A stretch of DNA of 64,000 nucleotides. Origin: Nostoc sp. DedSLP01 (GTDB taxonomy: Bacteria; Cyanobacteriota; Cyanobacteriia; Cyanobacteriales; Nostocaceae). Below are positions 28,883 through 37,946 of this stretch, in pieces (the first letter of the stretch is position 1; each line of letters starts with the position of its first letter). A program made the position numbers and the translations under genes. The notes beneath the pieces were generated by a model. It ran no database searches and was not told the DNA's origin. It saw only the letters and a program-made list of their open reading frames with translations. The stretch is taken from assembly GCA_034530875.2 (NCBI GenBank), contig JAVRCJ020000026.1, positions 32,001-96,000 of the forward strand, read 5' to 3'.

Positions 28883-31378
28883 ATGTTACGACTTCTCTTG
28901 ATTGATGACAATCCGAACGATCGCCTTTTAGCAATTCGGCAATTAGAACGCGAGTTTTCTGACCTCCAAGTAGAACAAGTTGCCACAGCACAAGACTTTG
29001 CTCGAGCATTGGAGAGAGGAGAATTTAACTTGGTTGTCACCGATTATCAATTGCGCTGGAGTAATGGCATAGAAGTACTCCACGCAATTAAAGCTAGTTA
29101 TCCTAACTGTCCAACGATCATGTTTACCAACAGCGGTACTCAAGAAATTGCTGTGGAGGCAATGAAATCTGGATTGGATGACTACGTGATCAAATCTCCT
29201 CAGCACCAGGTACGCTTAACAGTAGCAGTGCGATCGGCACTAGAACGAGCTGAAGCTCGCCAAAAAGCCGCAAATTTAGAAATTCGCTTTCAAACTTTGC
29301 TCAACAACTTAAATGTTGGCATTTATCGGGCAACTTTCGACGGTTCTTTATTGGAATGCAACCCAGCATTTCTACGTTTGATTGGGTTGGGAAGTTTACC
29401 TCAAGAACAAGCAAGTAGGTTCATAGAGCTTTATTTTCAGCCAGACGATTATACTCAGCTAATTAACCAACTGCGAGAAAATGGTGAAGTGCGCGACCAA
29501 GAAATCCAATTGCGCCGAGTTGATGGAAGTTTGATTTGGGTGCGCGTGAGTAAAACCTTCACTAAAATTGATGGCAACGCTATCATCGATGGCTTGGTAG
29601 AAGATATTAGCGATCGCAAACGAGTAGAGTTAGAACGAGAGCAATTACTCATCAGCGAACAAGCTGCCCGTATGGAAGCTGAGGCAGAAAAGCAAAATTA
29701 CAGTTTGCTATCTGAAGCTAGCCGCTTGTTGGTATCTTCCCTCGATTACCGCATAAATCTGACAAAATTAGCAAACTTGATAGTTCCGACTTTAGCTGAT
29801 TGCTGTCTCATTGATATTGTTGACGCTAATTTAACAGTATTTGAAGAACCAGTTGTTGCAGCAACTACTCCTGAAAAAGAAGCATTAGCCCTCGTACTCA
29901 GAAGATTTTATTCCACCTCATCTGAGGCTGATTTTGGTGTGAGAAAGGTTTTACTTACAGGAGAACCAGAATTAGTTACTGATGCGACAGCGGATTCTTC
30001 TTTATTAGCGATGAAGCAGGATGCAGAAACCCAACGGTTGATGCGCCAGATCGATATCCAATCCTATATAATTGTGCCGCTAGTCGTCGGCGATGCCTAC
30101 GGTGGGCTGCGTTTACGCAAGCTAGGTACGATTACTCTCATTAGCACCCAACATAACCGTCGCTACAATCATCAGAATTTAAATATGGCTCAAGCCCTGG
30201 CTCAGCGGGCAGCCATAGCAATTGAAAATGCTCGGCTTTACCAGCAAGCAATAGATGCAAATCGCATTAAAGATGAGTTTCTCGCGGTTCTCTCTCACGA
30301 AATCAGAACTCCTTTAAATCCGATTTTGGGTTGGGCAAAACTTCTGCGTACCAACAAGCTAAATCCACAAAAGACTGCTTTAGCTTTGGAAACTATAGAA
30401 CGTAATGCAAAGTTACAAACTAGACTCATTGAAGACTTGTTAGATATCTCCCGCATCTTGCGAGGTAAACTCAGTCTCAATATTTGCCCAGTTGATTTGG
30501 CAACCATTATTCGAGCCGCGATGGAAACAGTACGGTTGTCAGCAGAAGCGAAATTGATTCAAATTAGCTCCAATCTCGATCCTAGTGTTGGTCAAGTGTT
30601 TGGCGATGCAGGGCGCTTGCAACAAATCGTCTGGAATCTCATCTCCAACGCGATTAAATTTACCCCTGAAGGCGGGAAAGTAGAGATTTATTTAGAACAA
30701 ATCGATTCTCAAGTTCAAATTAGAGTTAGAGATACAGGTAAAGGAATCAACCCAAATTTTCTGCCATTCGTGTTTGAAACCTTCCGCCAAGCTGATAGTG
30801 CAACCACTAGAAAATTTGGTGGCTTAGGTTTGGGATTAGCAATTGTCCGTTATTTAGTAGAAATGCATGGTGGAACTGTCTTTGCAGAAAGTTTAGGTGA
30901 AAATCAGGGAGCAACCTTTGTTGTCAAGTTGCCGATGATACTTACTGATGCAGTTGACTCTGGCAAAGAAAGCGATGTAATAGCTACTGATACTTCAGCT
31001 TTTAAAGATTTGAAAATCGTAGTTGTAGATGACGATCCTGATTCCCTAGAGTTAATTACCTTCCTACTCGAACAATATGGAGCCACTGTCACCGCGGTGT
31101 CATCAGCAACAGAAGTACTGGAAATTGTGCCAAAGTCGCAACCAGATTTACTCGTCAGCGATATCGGAATGCCAGAAATGGACGGCTATATGTTAATTAG
31201 ACATATTAGGTCAATGGGTCGCGAACAAGGAGGAGAAATTTTAGCGATCGCTCTCACAGCGTATGCTGGAGAAACTAACGAACAGCAAGCGATTGAAGCA
31301 GGTTTCCAAGCTCATATTAGCAAGCCAATAGATCCAGCGCAGTTAATCGAAACCATTGCTGGCTTAATGTCAAAATAA
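28883..31378 (+). CDS. Hybrid histidine kinase (REC-PAS-GAF-HisKA-HATPase-REC)
   Basis: N-terminal REC (LIDDNPND, VVTDYQL), H-box LSHEIRTPL, N-box NLISNAIKFT, GGLGLGL, C-terminal REC (VSDIGMPEMDG, HISKP). Confidence 0.93.
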   Translation: MLRLLLIDDNPNDRLLAIRQLEREFSDLQVEQVATAQDFARALERGEFNLVVTDYQLRWSNGIEVLHAIKASYPNCPTIMFTNSGTQEIAVEAMKSGLDDYVIKSPQHQVRLTVAVRSALERAEARQKAANLEIRFQTLLNNLNVGIYRATFDGSLLECNPAFLRLIGLGSLPQEQASRFIELYFQPDDYTQLINQLRENGEVRDQEIQLRRVDGSLIWVRVSKTFTKIDGNAIIDGLVEDISDRKRVELEREQLLISEQAARMEAEAEKQNYSLLSEASRLLVSSLDYRINLTKLANLIVPTLADCCLIDIVDANLTVFEEPVVAATTPEKEALALVLRRFYSTSSEADFGVRKVLLTGEPELVTDATADSSLLAMKQDAETQRLMRQIDIQSYIIVPLVVGDAYGGLRLRKLGTITLISTQHNRRYNHQNLNMAQALAQRAAIAIENARLYQQAIDANRIKDEFLAVLSHEIRTPLNPILGWAKLLRTNKLNPQKTALALETIERNAKLQTRLIEDLLDISRILRGKLSLNICPVDLATIIRAAMETVRLSAEAKLIQISSNLDPSVGQVFGDAGRLQQIVWNLISNAIKFTPEGGKVEIYLEQIDSQVQIRVRDTGKGINPNFLPFVFETFRQADSATTRKFGGLGLGLAIVRYLVEMHGGTVFAESLGENQGATFVVKLPMILTDAVDSGKESDVIATDTSAFKDLKIVVVDDDPDSLELITFLLEQYGATVTAVSSATEVLEIVPKSQPDLLVSDIGMPEMDGYMLIRHIRSMGREQGGEILAIALTAYAGETNEQQAIEAGFQAHISKPIDPAQLIETIAGLMSK

Positions 31379-31408
31379 TTTCTAGTTAATGACACCAGCA
31401 GGTAACCA

Positions 31409-32659
31409 ATGCAGAGTAGAAATCATTCCTGGCAAAAAAGCTACGGTATTGCTGTACTCTTCAGTGGTTTGGCAGTATTATTTTCTCTACTTGTATCGCC
31501 ATTCATAGAAAATATTACTTTTTCAGTATTTTTTGCAGCCGTGGTGCTGAGTTCGTGGTATGGAAATCGCGGCTCGGGTTTATTCGCAACCCTGTTATGT
31601 AGTTTAGCGATCGCTTACTTTTTTCTTTGGCCAACTTATTCAGTGAGTATTGTAACGCTGGATGCGTTTATTCGTTTGGGATTATTTGCCATCGTATCGG
31701 TACTCAGTAGTGAATTGAATGCTGCTTGGAGACGCACAGAGTTAAAGCTGCGAGAAAGTGAAACTCGCTATCGTGAAATGGCAGAGGCGGTACAGAAGTA
31801 TGCCAACGAACTAGAGCAACGAGTCAGCGACAGGACAGCCGCCCTAGTGGAAGCCAACAAAGAACTAGAAACCTTTGGCTATTCAGTCTCCCATGACTTA
31901 CGCGCTCCATTGCGGGCAATGCAAGGTTTAGCTGAAGCCCTACAGGAAGATTATAGCGATCGATTAGACAGCCAAGGTCAAGACTATATTCAAAGGATTG
32001 TCGCCTCTGCCGAACGGATGGATAGGCTAATTCAAGACCTACTTGAATACTCGCGCCTGAGCCAGTTAGAAATTAACCTGCACGTAGTTAATCTGGCAGA
32101 GATTGTGACAGAAGCGATTAAGCAACTAGAAGTAGAATCGCGATCGCCAAAGGCGGGGCGTAGCCCATCGCAACAAGCTCAAGTCAGCGTAGAGCAACCG
32201 CTTCCAGAAGTTATAGGTAATCGGATAATTTTAATACAAGTACTCGTAAACTTACTCAGTAATGCAATCAAATTTGTTCCAGCGAACAGCCAACCCCAAA
32301 TTCGTATATGGGCAGAAATCCCAGGAGTAGAGAGAGATGGGAAGGTAGGGGAGACAAGGGGACAAGAGGACAAGGGGACAATGAAAATAACTCATAACTC
32401 CTCACTCCTAACTCCTAACTCAACAATTCGCCTCTGGATAGAAGATAACGGTATTGGCATTGCAGCAGAACATCAGCAGCGAATTTTCAACGTATTTGAA
32501 AGATTGCACAGCGAAGATACTTATCCTGGTTCTGGCATTGGCTTGGCAATTGTGCGAAAAGGTGTTGAACGTATGGGGGGACAGGTCGGTGTAGAGTCAA
32601 TAGTAGGTCAAGGTAGCCGCTTTTGGATTGAATTACAAAAATTTGCGATCGACACATGA
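31409..32659 (+). CDS. Membrane-bound histidine kinase (DUF4118/KdpD-like TM sensor)
   Basis: N-terminal TM helices (FFAAVVLSSWYG), H-box SVSHDLRAPLR, NLLSNAIKF, YPGSGIGL. Confidence 0.9.
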   Translation: MQSRNHSWQKSYGIAVLFSGLAVLFSLLVSPFIENITFSVFFAAVVLSSWYGNRGSGLFATLLCSLAIAYFFLWPTYSVSIVTLDAFIRLGLFAIVSVLSSELNAAWRRTELKLRESETRYREMAEAVQKYANELEQRVSDRTAALVEANKELETFGYSVSHDLRAPLRAMQGLAEALQEDYSDRLDSQGQDYIQRIVASAERMDRLIQDLLEYSRLSQLEINLHVVNLAEIVTEAIKQLEVESRSPKAGRSPSQQAQVSVEQPLPEVIGNRIILIQVLVNLLSNAIKFVPANSQPQIRIWAEIPGVERDGKVGETRGQEDKGTMKITHNSSLLTPNSTIRLWIEDNGIGIAAEHQQRIFNVFERLHSEDTYPGSGIGLAIVRKGVERMGGQVGVESIVGQGSRFWIELQKFAIDT

Positions 32660-33108
32660 ACACAGAGCAGCAGACAATCTTACTCGCAGAAGACGACCCC
32701 AATCAAGTCCTATTAATTCGTCGTGCTTTACGCAAAGCTAATCTCATACAACCGCTACAAGTCGTCAGCAACGGAGAAGCCGCTATTTCTTACCTCTGTG
32801 GTGAAGGAGAATATGCCGACCGAGAACGCTATCCTCTACCGATGCTAGTTTTGTTAGACCTGAAAATGCCGCGCAAATCTGGATTTGAGGTTTTGGAGTG
32901 GCTCAAGCAACAACCCCAGCTCAAACGCCTGCCGGTTATTGTACTGACAACTTCTAAGGAAATAGCCGACGTTGATAAAGCTTATGACTTGGGTGTTAAT
33001 TCTTATCTAGTTAAACCAGTTGCATTTAGTGACTTGACAGCAATGATAAAGTTGCTTGATGCCTACTGGCTGAATTTAAATCAACAATCCTTGCTTTACT
33101 TCAGTTAG
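32656..33108 (+). CDS. Single-domain response regulator (Rcp1-like)
   Basis: LLAEDDPN, LLDLKMPRKSG, LTTS, NSYLVKP. ATGA overlap with the upstream kinase. Confidence 0.92.
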   Translation: MNTEQQTILLAEDDPNQVLLIRRALRKANLIQPLQVVSNGEAAISYLCGEGEYADRERYPLPMLVLLDLKMPRKSGFEVLEWLKQQPQLKRLPVIVLTTSKEIADVDKAYDLGVNSYLVKPVAFSDLTAMIKLLDAYWLNLNQQSLLYFS

Positions 33109-33426
33109 ATAGGTTGATTTGCTCAAAGATTGCAATCCCGCTTACTAAAAGAGTGGGAATGCCAATAATGGTTTAGCCTAGAAAAGGCATCATTAAGTAA
33201 TTCGTAATGGGCTACGCCACGCTACGCTAACGTAATTCATGAAGAAATTCTCTGGGTTTAGCCATTGTGTTTTAGGGGGAAAGCGCAATGCACGTATGTG
33301 TCAAATTAACCTAAAATTGACATCCAGCAAAAAACTGAAAAATACTACAAAATTTCTATATTAAATTGACTTTCCTAATTAAAGATTCTGCACTTATAGC
33401 TTTTTAAGCATTAATTTTGGCTTCTC

Positions 33427-35412
33427 ATGCACATTCTGATTATTGACGACAATCCAAATGACCGATTCATGATTATTCGGGAAATGCGACGGGAATTTCC
33501 TGATGTAGAAATAGAAGAAGTGGGCGAACCAGAAGACTTTGAACGAGCGCTGGCAGCAGCTAGCTTTGACCTGACAATTACCGATTATCAACTCCGTTGG
33601 TCTAATGGTTTAGACATATTACATCTTCTCAAAAACCGTTACCCCGATCGCCCGGTGATTATGTTTACCAACACAGGCAATCAAGAAATAGCTGTCGAGG
33701 CCATGAAAAGCGGACTCGATGATTACATCCTCAAGTCACCAAGGCATCTAGTTCGTTTGTCCGCAACAGTGAGATCTGTTTTAGAACGTAACGAAACTCG
33801 TCTGAGAGCTAGCTTTTTAGAGAATCGGCTCCAATCTTTACTCAATCAATTAAATGTTGGGGTATTTCGAGCAATTCCCGATGGACGTATATTAGAAGCG
33901 AACAGTGCATTTCTCAACCTTTTGAGACTTGATTCTCTAGAAGAAATTCAGTCTAATATTAGCTTTAATGAGATTTTTTCTCGAGCCGGAGATATTACAC
34001 CACACAAAAGACGAGAACGGGAATTAAAGATACGTAGGAAAGATGGTAGTTATATATGGATATCAGTAAATGAAACTCTCAATGTTACTAATGGAGAAGA
34101 GTTAATTGATGGGCTAGTGGAAGACATCACCGGGCGCAAACGCTCAGAAGAAGCACTGAAACGTTATGCAACAAGATTACAAACTCTCCAAGAGTTAGAT
34201 CGGTCGATTTTGGGGGCGATTTCTCCCAAAGGAATTGCCCAAGCAGCTTTAACTGCGACTTATCCTTTACTTCCCTGTCAATTAATGGATGTGACATTGT
34301 TTGATTTGGAACAGCAACAAGCCACTGTCTTGGCTGTTCAGTCTAATGATGGTATTGGCTTTTCTGTCGGTGAAACTTTATCATTACATGATTTTGGCAA
34401 CATTGAAAACTTGCAACAAAATCAGGTGATGATGATTGAAAACCTGGGCGAACATCCCAGACCCTATCGCGTTCAACAACAGCTGTTTGACCAAGGCATT
34501 CGTTTAATTATGAATGTGCCTGTAATTGCCCAACAACAGCTAATCGGTTCTTTGAATGTGGGAGTAATTCAACCGTGGTCGTTAACTGAGGAAGATGTGG
34601 AAATTGCCCGTGAAGTGGCAAATCAATTAGCGATCGCCATTCAACAATCTCGCTTGCGCGAACAATTGCACCGCTACACCGAACAACTCGAACAACTAGT
34701 CCACAACCGCACGCAACAGCTTGAAGAAGCCAATAGTGCCTTAGAAGCCTTTGCCTACTCCATCTCCCACGACTTACAAGAACCTCTGCGTGCGATTCGG
34801 GGATTTGCCACAATTCTTTTAGAAGATTACGATACTGTATTGAATTCAGCCGGGCAAGATTTACTCCATCGCATCGCTAATAACGTCGAGCGTATGGACA
34901 ACTTACTGCTAGATTTATTAGAGTACAGCCGCTTGAGCCGGATTGATTTACCGCTACAACCAATTAATCTCAATTCCCTAATCAAGCAAGTGCTGAACCA
35001 ATTAGAAGTATCGCTGCAACAAAAGCAAGCACAAGTGACAATTGCCGAACCTCTTTTGGAAGTTGTGGGAAACTACCGCACCGTCGAGCAAATTGTCACA
35101 AATCTAGTAACCAACGCCATCAAATTTGTCGCCTCTGGAGTTCAACCCCAAGTCAGAATCTGGACAGAACGCCGCGAACATTGCGTCCGTTTGTGGGTAG
35201 AAGACAACGGCATAGGCATCTCACAGCAGCACTGGGAGAGGATTTTTGGTGTTTTCGAGCGTTTACACAGCATTGAAGCTTATCCTGGCACAGGAATCGG
35301 GCTAGCGATCGTCCGTAAAGGCGTTGAACGTCTGGGCGGACAAGTAGGTATGGAGTCAGAAGTCTCTCAAGGTAGTCGTTTTTGGATAGAACTACGGGAA
35401 TATGTTAAATGA
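33427..35412 (+). CDS. Hybrid histidine kinase (REC-PAS-GAF-HisKA-HATPase)
   Basis: REC paralogous to the one at 28883; H-box SISHDLQEPLR; NLVTNAIKF; YPGTGIGL. Confidence 0.92.
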   Translation: MHILIIDDNPNDRFMIIREMRREFPDVEIEEVGEPEDFERALAAASFDLTITDYQLRWSNGLDILHLLKNRYPDRPVIMFTNTGNQEIAVEAMKSGLDDYILKSPRHLVRLSATVRSVLERNETRLRASFLENRLQSLLNQLNVGVFRAIPDGRILEANSAFLNLLRLDSLEEIQSNISFNEIFSRAGDITPHKRRERELKIRRKDGSYIWISVNETLNVTNGEELIDGLVEDITGRKRSEEALKRYATRLQTLQELDRSILGAISPKGIAQAALTATYPLLPCQLMDVTLFDLEQQQATVLAVQSNDGIGFSVGETLSLHDFGNIENLQQNQVMMIENLGEHPRPYRVQQQLFDQGIRLIMNVPVIAQQQLIGSLNVGVIQPWSLTEEDVEIAREVANQLAIAIQQSRLREQLHRYTEQLEQLVHNRTQQLEEANSALEAFAYSISHDLQEPLRAIRGFATILLEDYDTVLNSAGQDLLHRIANNVERMDNLLLDLLEYSRLSRIDLPLQPINLNSLIKQVLNQLEVSLQQKQAQVTIAEPLLEVVGNYRTVEQIVTNLVTNAIKFVASGVQPQVRIWTERREHCVRLWVEDNGIGISQQHWERIFGVFERLHSIEAYPGTGIGLAIVRKGVERLGGQVGMESEVSQGSRFWIELREYVK

Positions 35413-35660
35413 GGGGAGTGGGGGCATGAGGCAATTTTAGACGCGATCGCAGCTATCGAAAGCTTATAGTGAAGGCATTTTGGAAGTGCGATCGCATCTA
35501 GAATTTTTAATTATCCTTCTTCTGTCACTTTCTGAATTAAACAAGTAATAAATAAACCCTTTCATCCACAACAATAAAAAGGTTTGAATTGGTTCATCGT
35601 CCTAATTAGGTGCTGGCGAGGTTACCCGACGAATCAATTCCTGAATTTGTATTTAATTTT

Positions 35661-36494
35661 TTAACTACTCTCCTGCTGTTCTAGTAAAACTACTAAATCA
35701 GATATTTGAGAAAACTCTACAAATTCCTCTCCTAATACTTCCAATTGTTCGGTAGACAATCCTCGAATACGTTCAATTATCGACGAATCTATTTCACCAA
35801 ACCGCCTTCTTAATTGACGCATTAAAAACCGAAAGGCTTCTTGTTGTTGCCCCTTCTGTAAAATATCTTGATAAATTACCGACTCTTGCATCACATCTTC
35901 CCTTAAAAATTGACGAATCAATTCTTTTTCAAACTTTAAACCAGCCAAAATTTCTGCGTAAGCTGCAATATCCTGTCTAGTATTCCTATCGGGAATTCTA
36001 GCAACACTCTGTGCAACCTGGGATAGCAACCTTTGGGCTGAGGTTGTTCTTGTTAATGGTGCTAAAGGTAATAATGCAGGGTTATCAAGAAATAGTGCTG
36101 ATTATTGTTCCCACATCCGCAGGACTCGATAACGATGAGTTGTTGTCTCATTTACATATTCTTCAGTAAAAGCAATTTCGTTATTTGTTTCTTGTAAAAA
36201 AATTACAACCTGGGTGACTGGGACGTTGTATTGACGTATTAACCTCACGGAGTAATCCAGCATGCTGAATGGAAGCGGCGGATTTGAGATGGTACGAGTT
36301 TGAAATTCGATGTGTAAAATTCGATTGGCTGTTTGCAGAAAAGTTACACAATCCGCACGGATTGGTTCTAAACTCAATTCGGTCTTAAGCACCTTAACTT
36401 TTGTCGGTGCTTGACCCAGTAACCAACTAACAAATTCTCTTGGATATTTTTCAGCTAATACCTTACAAACGTTGTCAAAACTCACAATTTCCAC
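35661..36494 (-). pseudogene. Rpn-family recombination-promoting nuclease/putative transposase (DUF4351 C-terminus) with one nonsense codon
   Basis: FDNVCKVLAEKYP, EPIRAD, ILHIEFQT and C-terminal QLRRRFGEI..LSTEQLEVLGE. Both ORF pieces share one frame, separated only by TAA at 36102-36104 (MWEQ*SALFLDNPALLPLAPL). Confidence 0.88.
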
Positions 36495-36675
36495 CCCATT
36501 TCACACCAAAATAATCGTTACACAGGATAGGAGACTTCCAATAAAAAAATATCCCATCCCTGCGGGACGCTACGCGATCGCATTTAGGGCAGTGGGCAGG
36601 GGAGTATGGGATTATAAAAGCGGATTTGGTATCAAGTCTGGATGTGCTTTCACAGTTGCGATACCCACATCACAA

Positions 36676-36906
36676 TTTGATATTCGCCGATGAATCTTTG
36701 ATATTCGCCGACGAGTCTTTAATACTCGCCGACGAGTCTTTGATATTCGCCGACGAGTCTTTAATACTCGCCGACGAGTCTTTAATACTCGCCGACGAGT
36801 CTTTGATATTCGCCGACGAGTCTTTGATACTCGCGAACGAGTCTTTAATACTCGCGAACGAGTCTTTGATACTCGCGAACGAGTCTTTGATACTCGCGAA
36901 CGAGTA
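36676..36906. repeat. Tandem array of 11 x 21-bp units
   Basis: Unit TTT(G/A)ATA(T/C)TCGC(CG/GA)ACGAGTC repeated head-to-tail with no spacers. Confidence 0.95.
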
Positions 36907-36964
36907 TTAAAACCTCGTCAATGCAATTCAGCTTTCTATCTGCCGAATGCCCCATGCCCCATTC

Positions 36965-37882
36965 CTACTTAGATAAACGCGTCATTTCAAACAATTGCTG
37001 GGCATTACTTCCTAAAAAAGCATCAAAAAGTACTTGCTTTCCAGGTTCTACTTCCACTAGATACCGCTGGGCAATTTCATAATAAGCGTAAGTCCAAGGA
37101 ATCTGAATTTCTAAACCACTGTTATCATCTAATACTGTTACCATTTCCGTTACTGCTTGAGTTGCCGTTTGACGCAAACCACAAGCAACATTTCCCTCTA
37201 TCTCTGCTTTCATTGGTACGCCTAAGTTAGCCAAACTACTGGCGGTAGTGTCTATATCTGGATATTTTGCGGTGTTCTGGCCGTTAACGTAGCCTGTGAA
37301 ATGGTTGACAGCATATCCGTGCAGCAATACCCAAGCACCATACTGAGTAACCTGATTCACCTCTTCGACAACAGAACGCCTGGGAGGTAACCAAGGACGG
37401 GTAAATATTTGTTGGAGTTGTTGGGCAATGGTTTGAATGTTTTCTTCTGTTTCTGGAAGAGAATTAATAGGTGGAGTGAATTTATAGTCAATTGAAGATA
37501 CTGTTTGAGAAATGATTTGAGCAATATTGCTAGGTAATTCATCAACAATTAACTCGCTAATAAATAGTTTGGGTAAGTTAAATTCCTCTTGTTGCGGATG
37601 ATGATAATGACGGGCATAAAGATGAGTTTTTGCAAAAGTATACTCTCCAGCTGGGATATAACCTAAAGCTTGTACAATTTTTTCGAGGTAACCAATGCCG
37701 AGGTTAATTTGACCTTGTGGGCTATCTATTAATAGGCGCAGAGACCGAAAGGCGATGTGGTCGTTGGCGACGTTTCCACCCGCAGCGGTAATCATTTGCT
37801 GGTAGGTACGGGCATGATTTACTCTGGCGCTGTATTGTTGCCAGAGTAGTTTCCAGAGATGGAGGGCTATTTCGGGTTTCAT
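36965..37882 (-). CDS. DUF1338 family protein (2-oxoadipate dioxygenase/decarboxylase, HglS-like)
   Basis: NDHIAFRS, LPKLFISEL, YGAWVLLHGYAVNHFT, LRQTAT, YYEIAQR (His/His/Glu metal triad plus Arg). ATG 37882 preferred because GTG 37909 lies inside a repeat. Confidence 0.82.
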   Translation of the reverse strand: MKPEIALHLWKLLWQQYSARVNHARTYQQMITAAGGNVANDHIAFRSLRLLIDSPQGQINLGIGYLEKIVQALGYIPAGEYTFAKTHLYARHYHHPQQEEFNLPKLFISELIVDELPSNIAQIISQTVSSIDYKFTPPINSLPETEENIQTIAQQLQQIFTRPWLPPRRSVVEEVNQVTQYGAWVLLHGYAVNHFTGYVNGQNTAKYPDIDTTASSLANLGVPMKAEIEGNVACGLRQTATQAVTEMVTVLDDNSGLEIQIPWTYAYYEIAQRYLVEVEPGKQVLFDAFLGSNAQQLFEMTRLSK

Positions 37883-37946
37883 AAGGTTGATGGGGATGAT
37901 TTTTTTCACGCAGAGTCGCAGAGGCGCGGAGAGTTTTTGCGTGGGG

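Noticed and set aside
36676..36906. Possible CRISPR array
   Set aside because: Units are contiguous 21-mers with no unique spacers, and there are no cas genes in the window.
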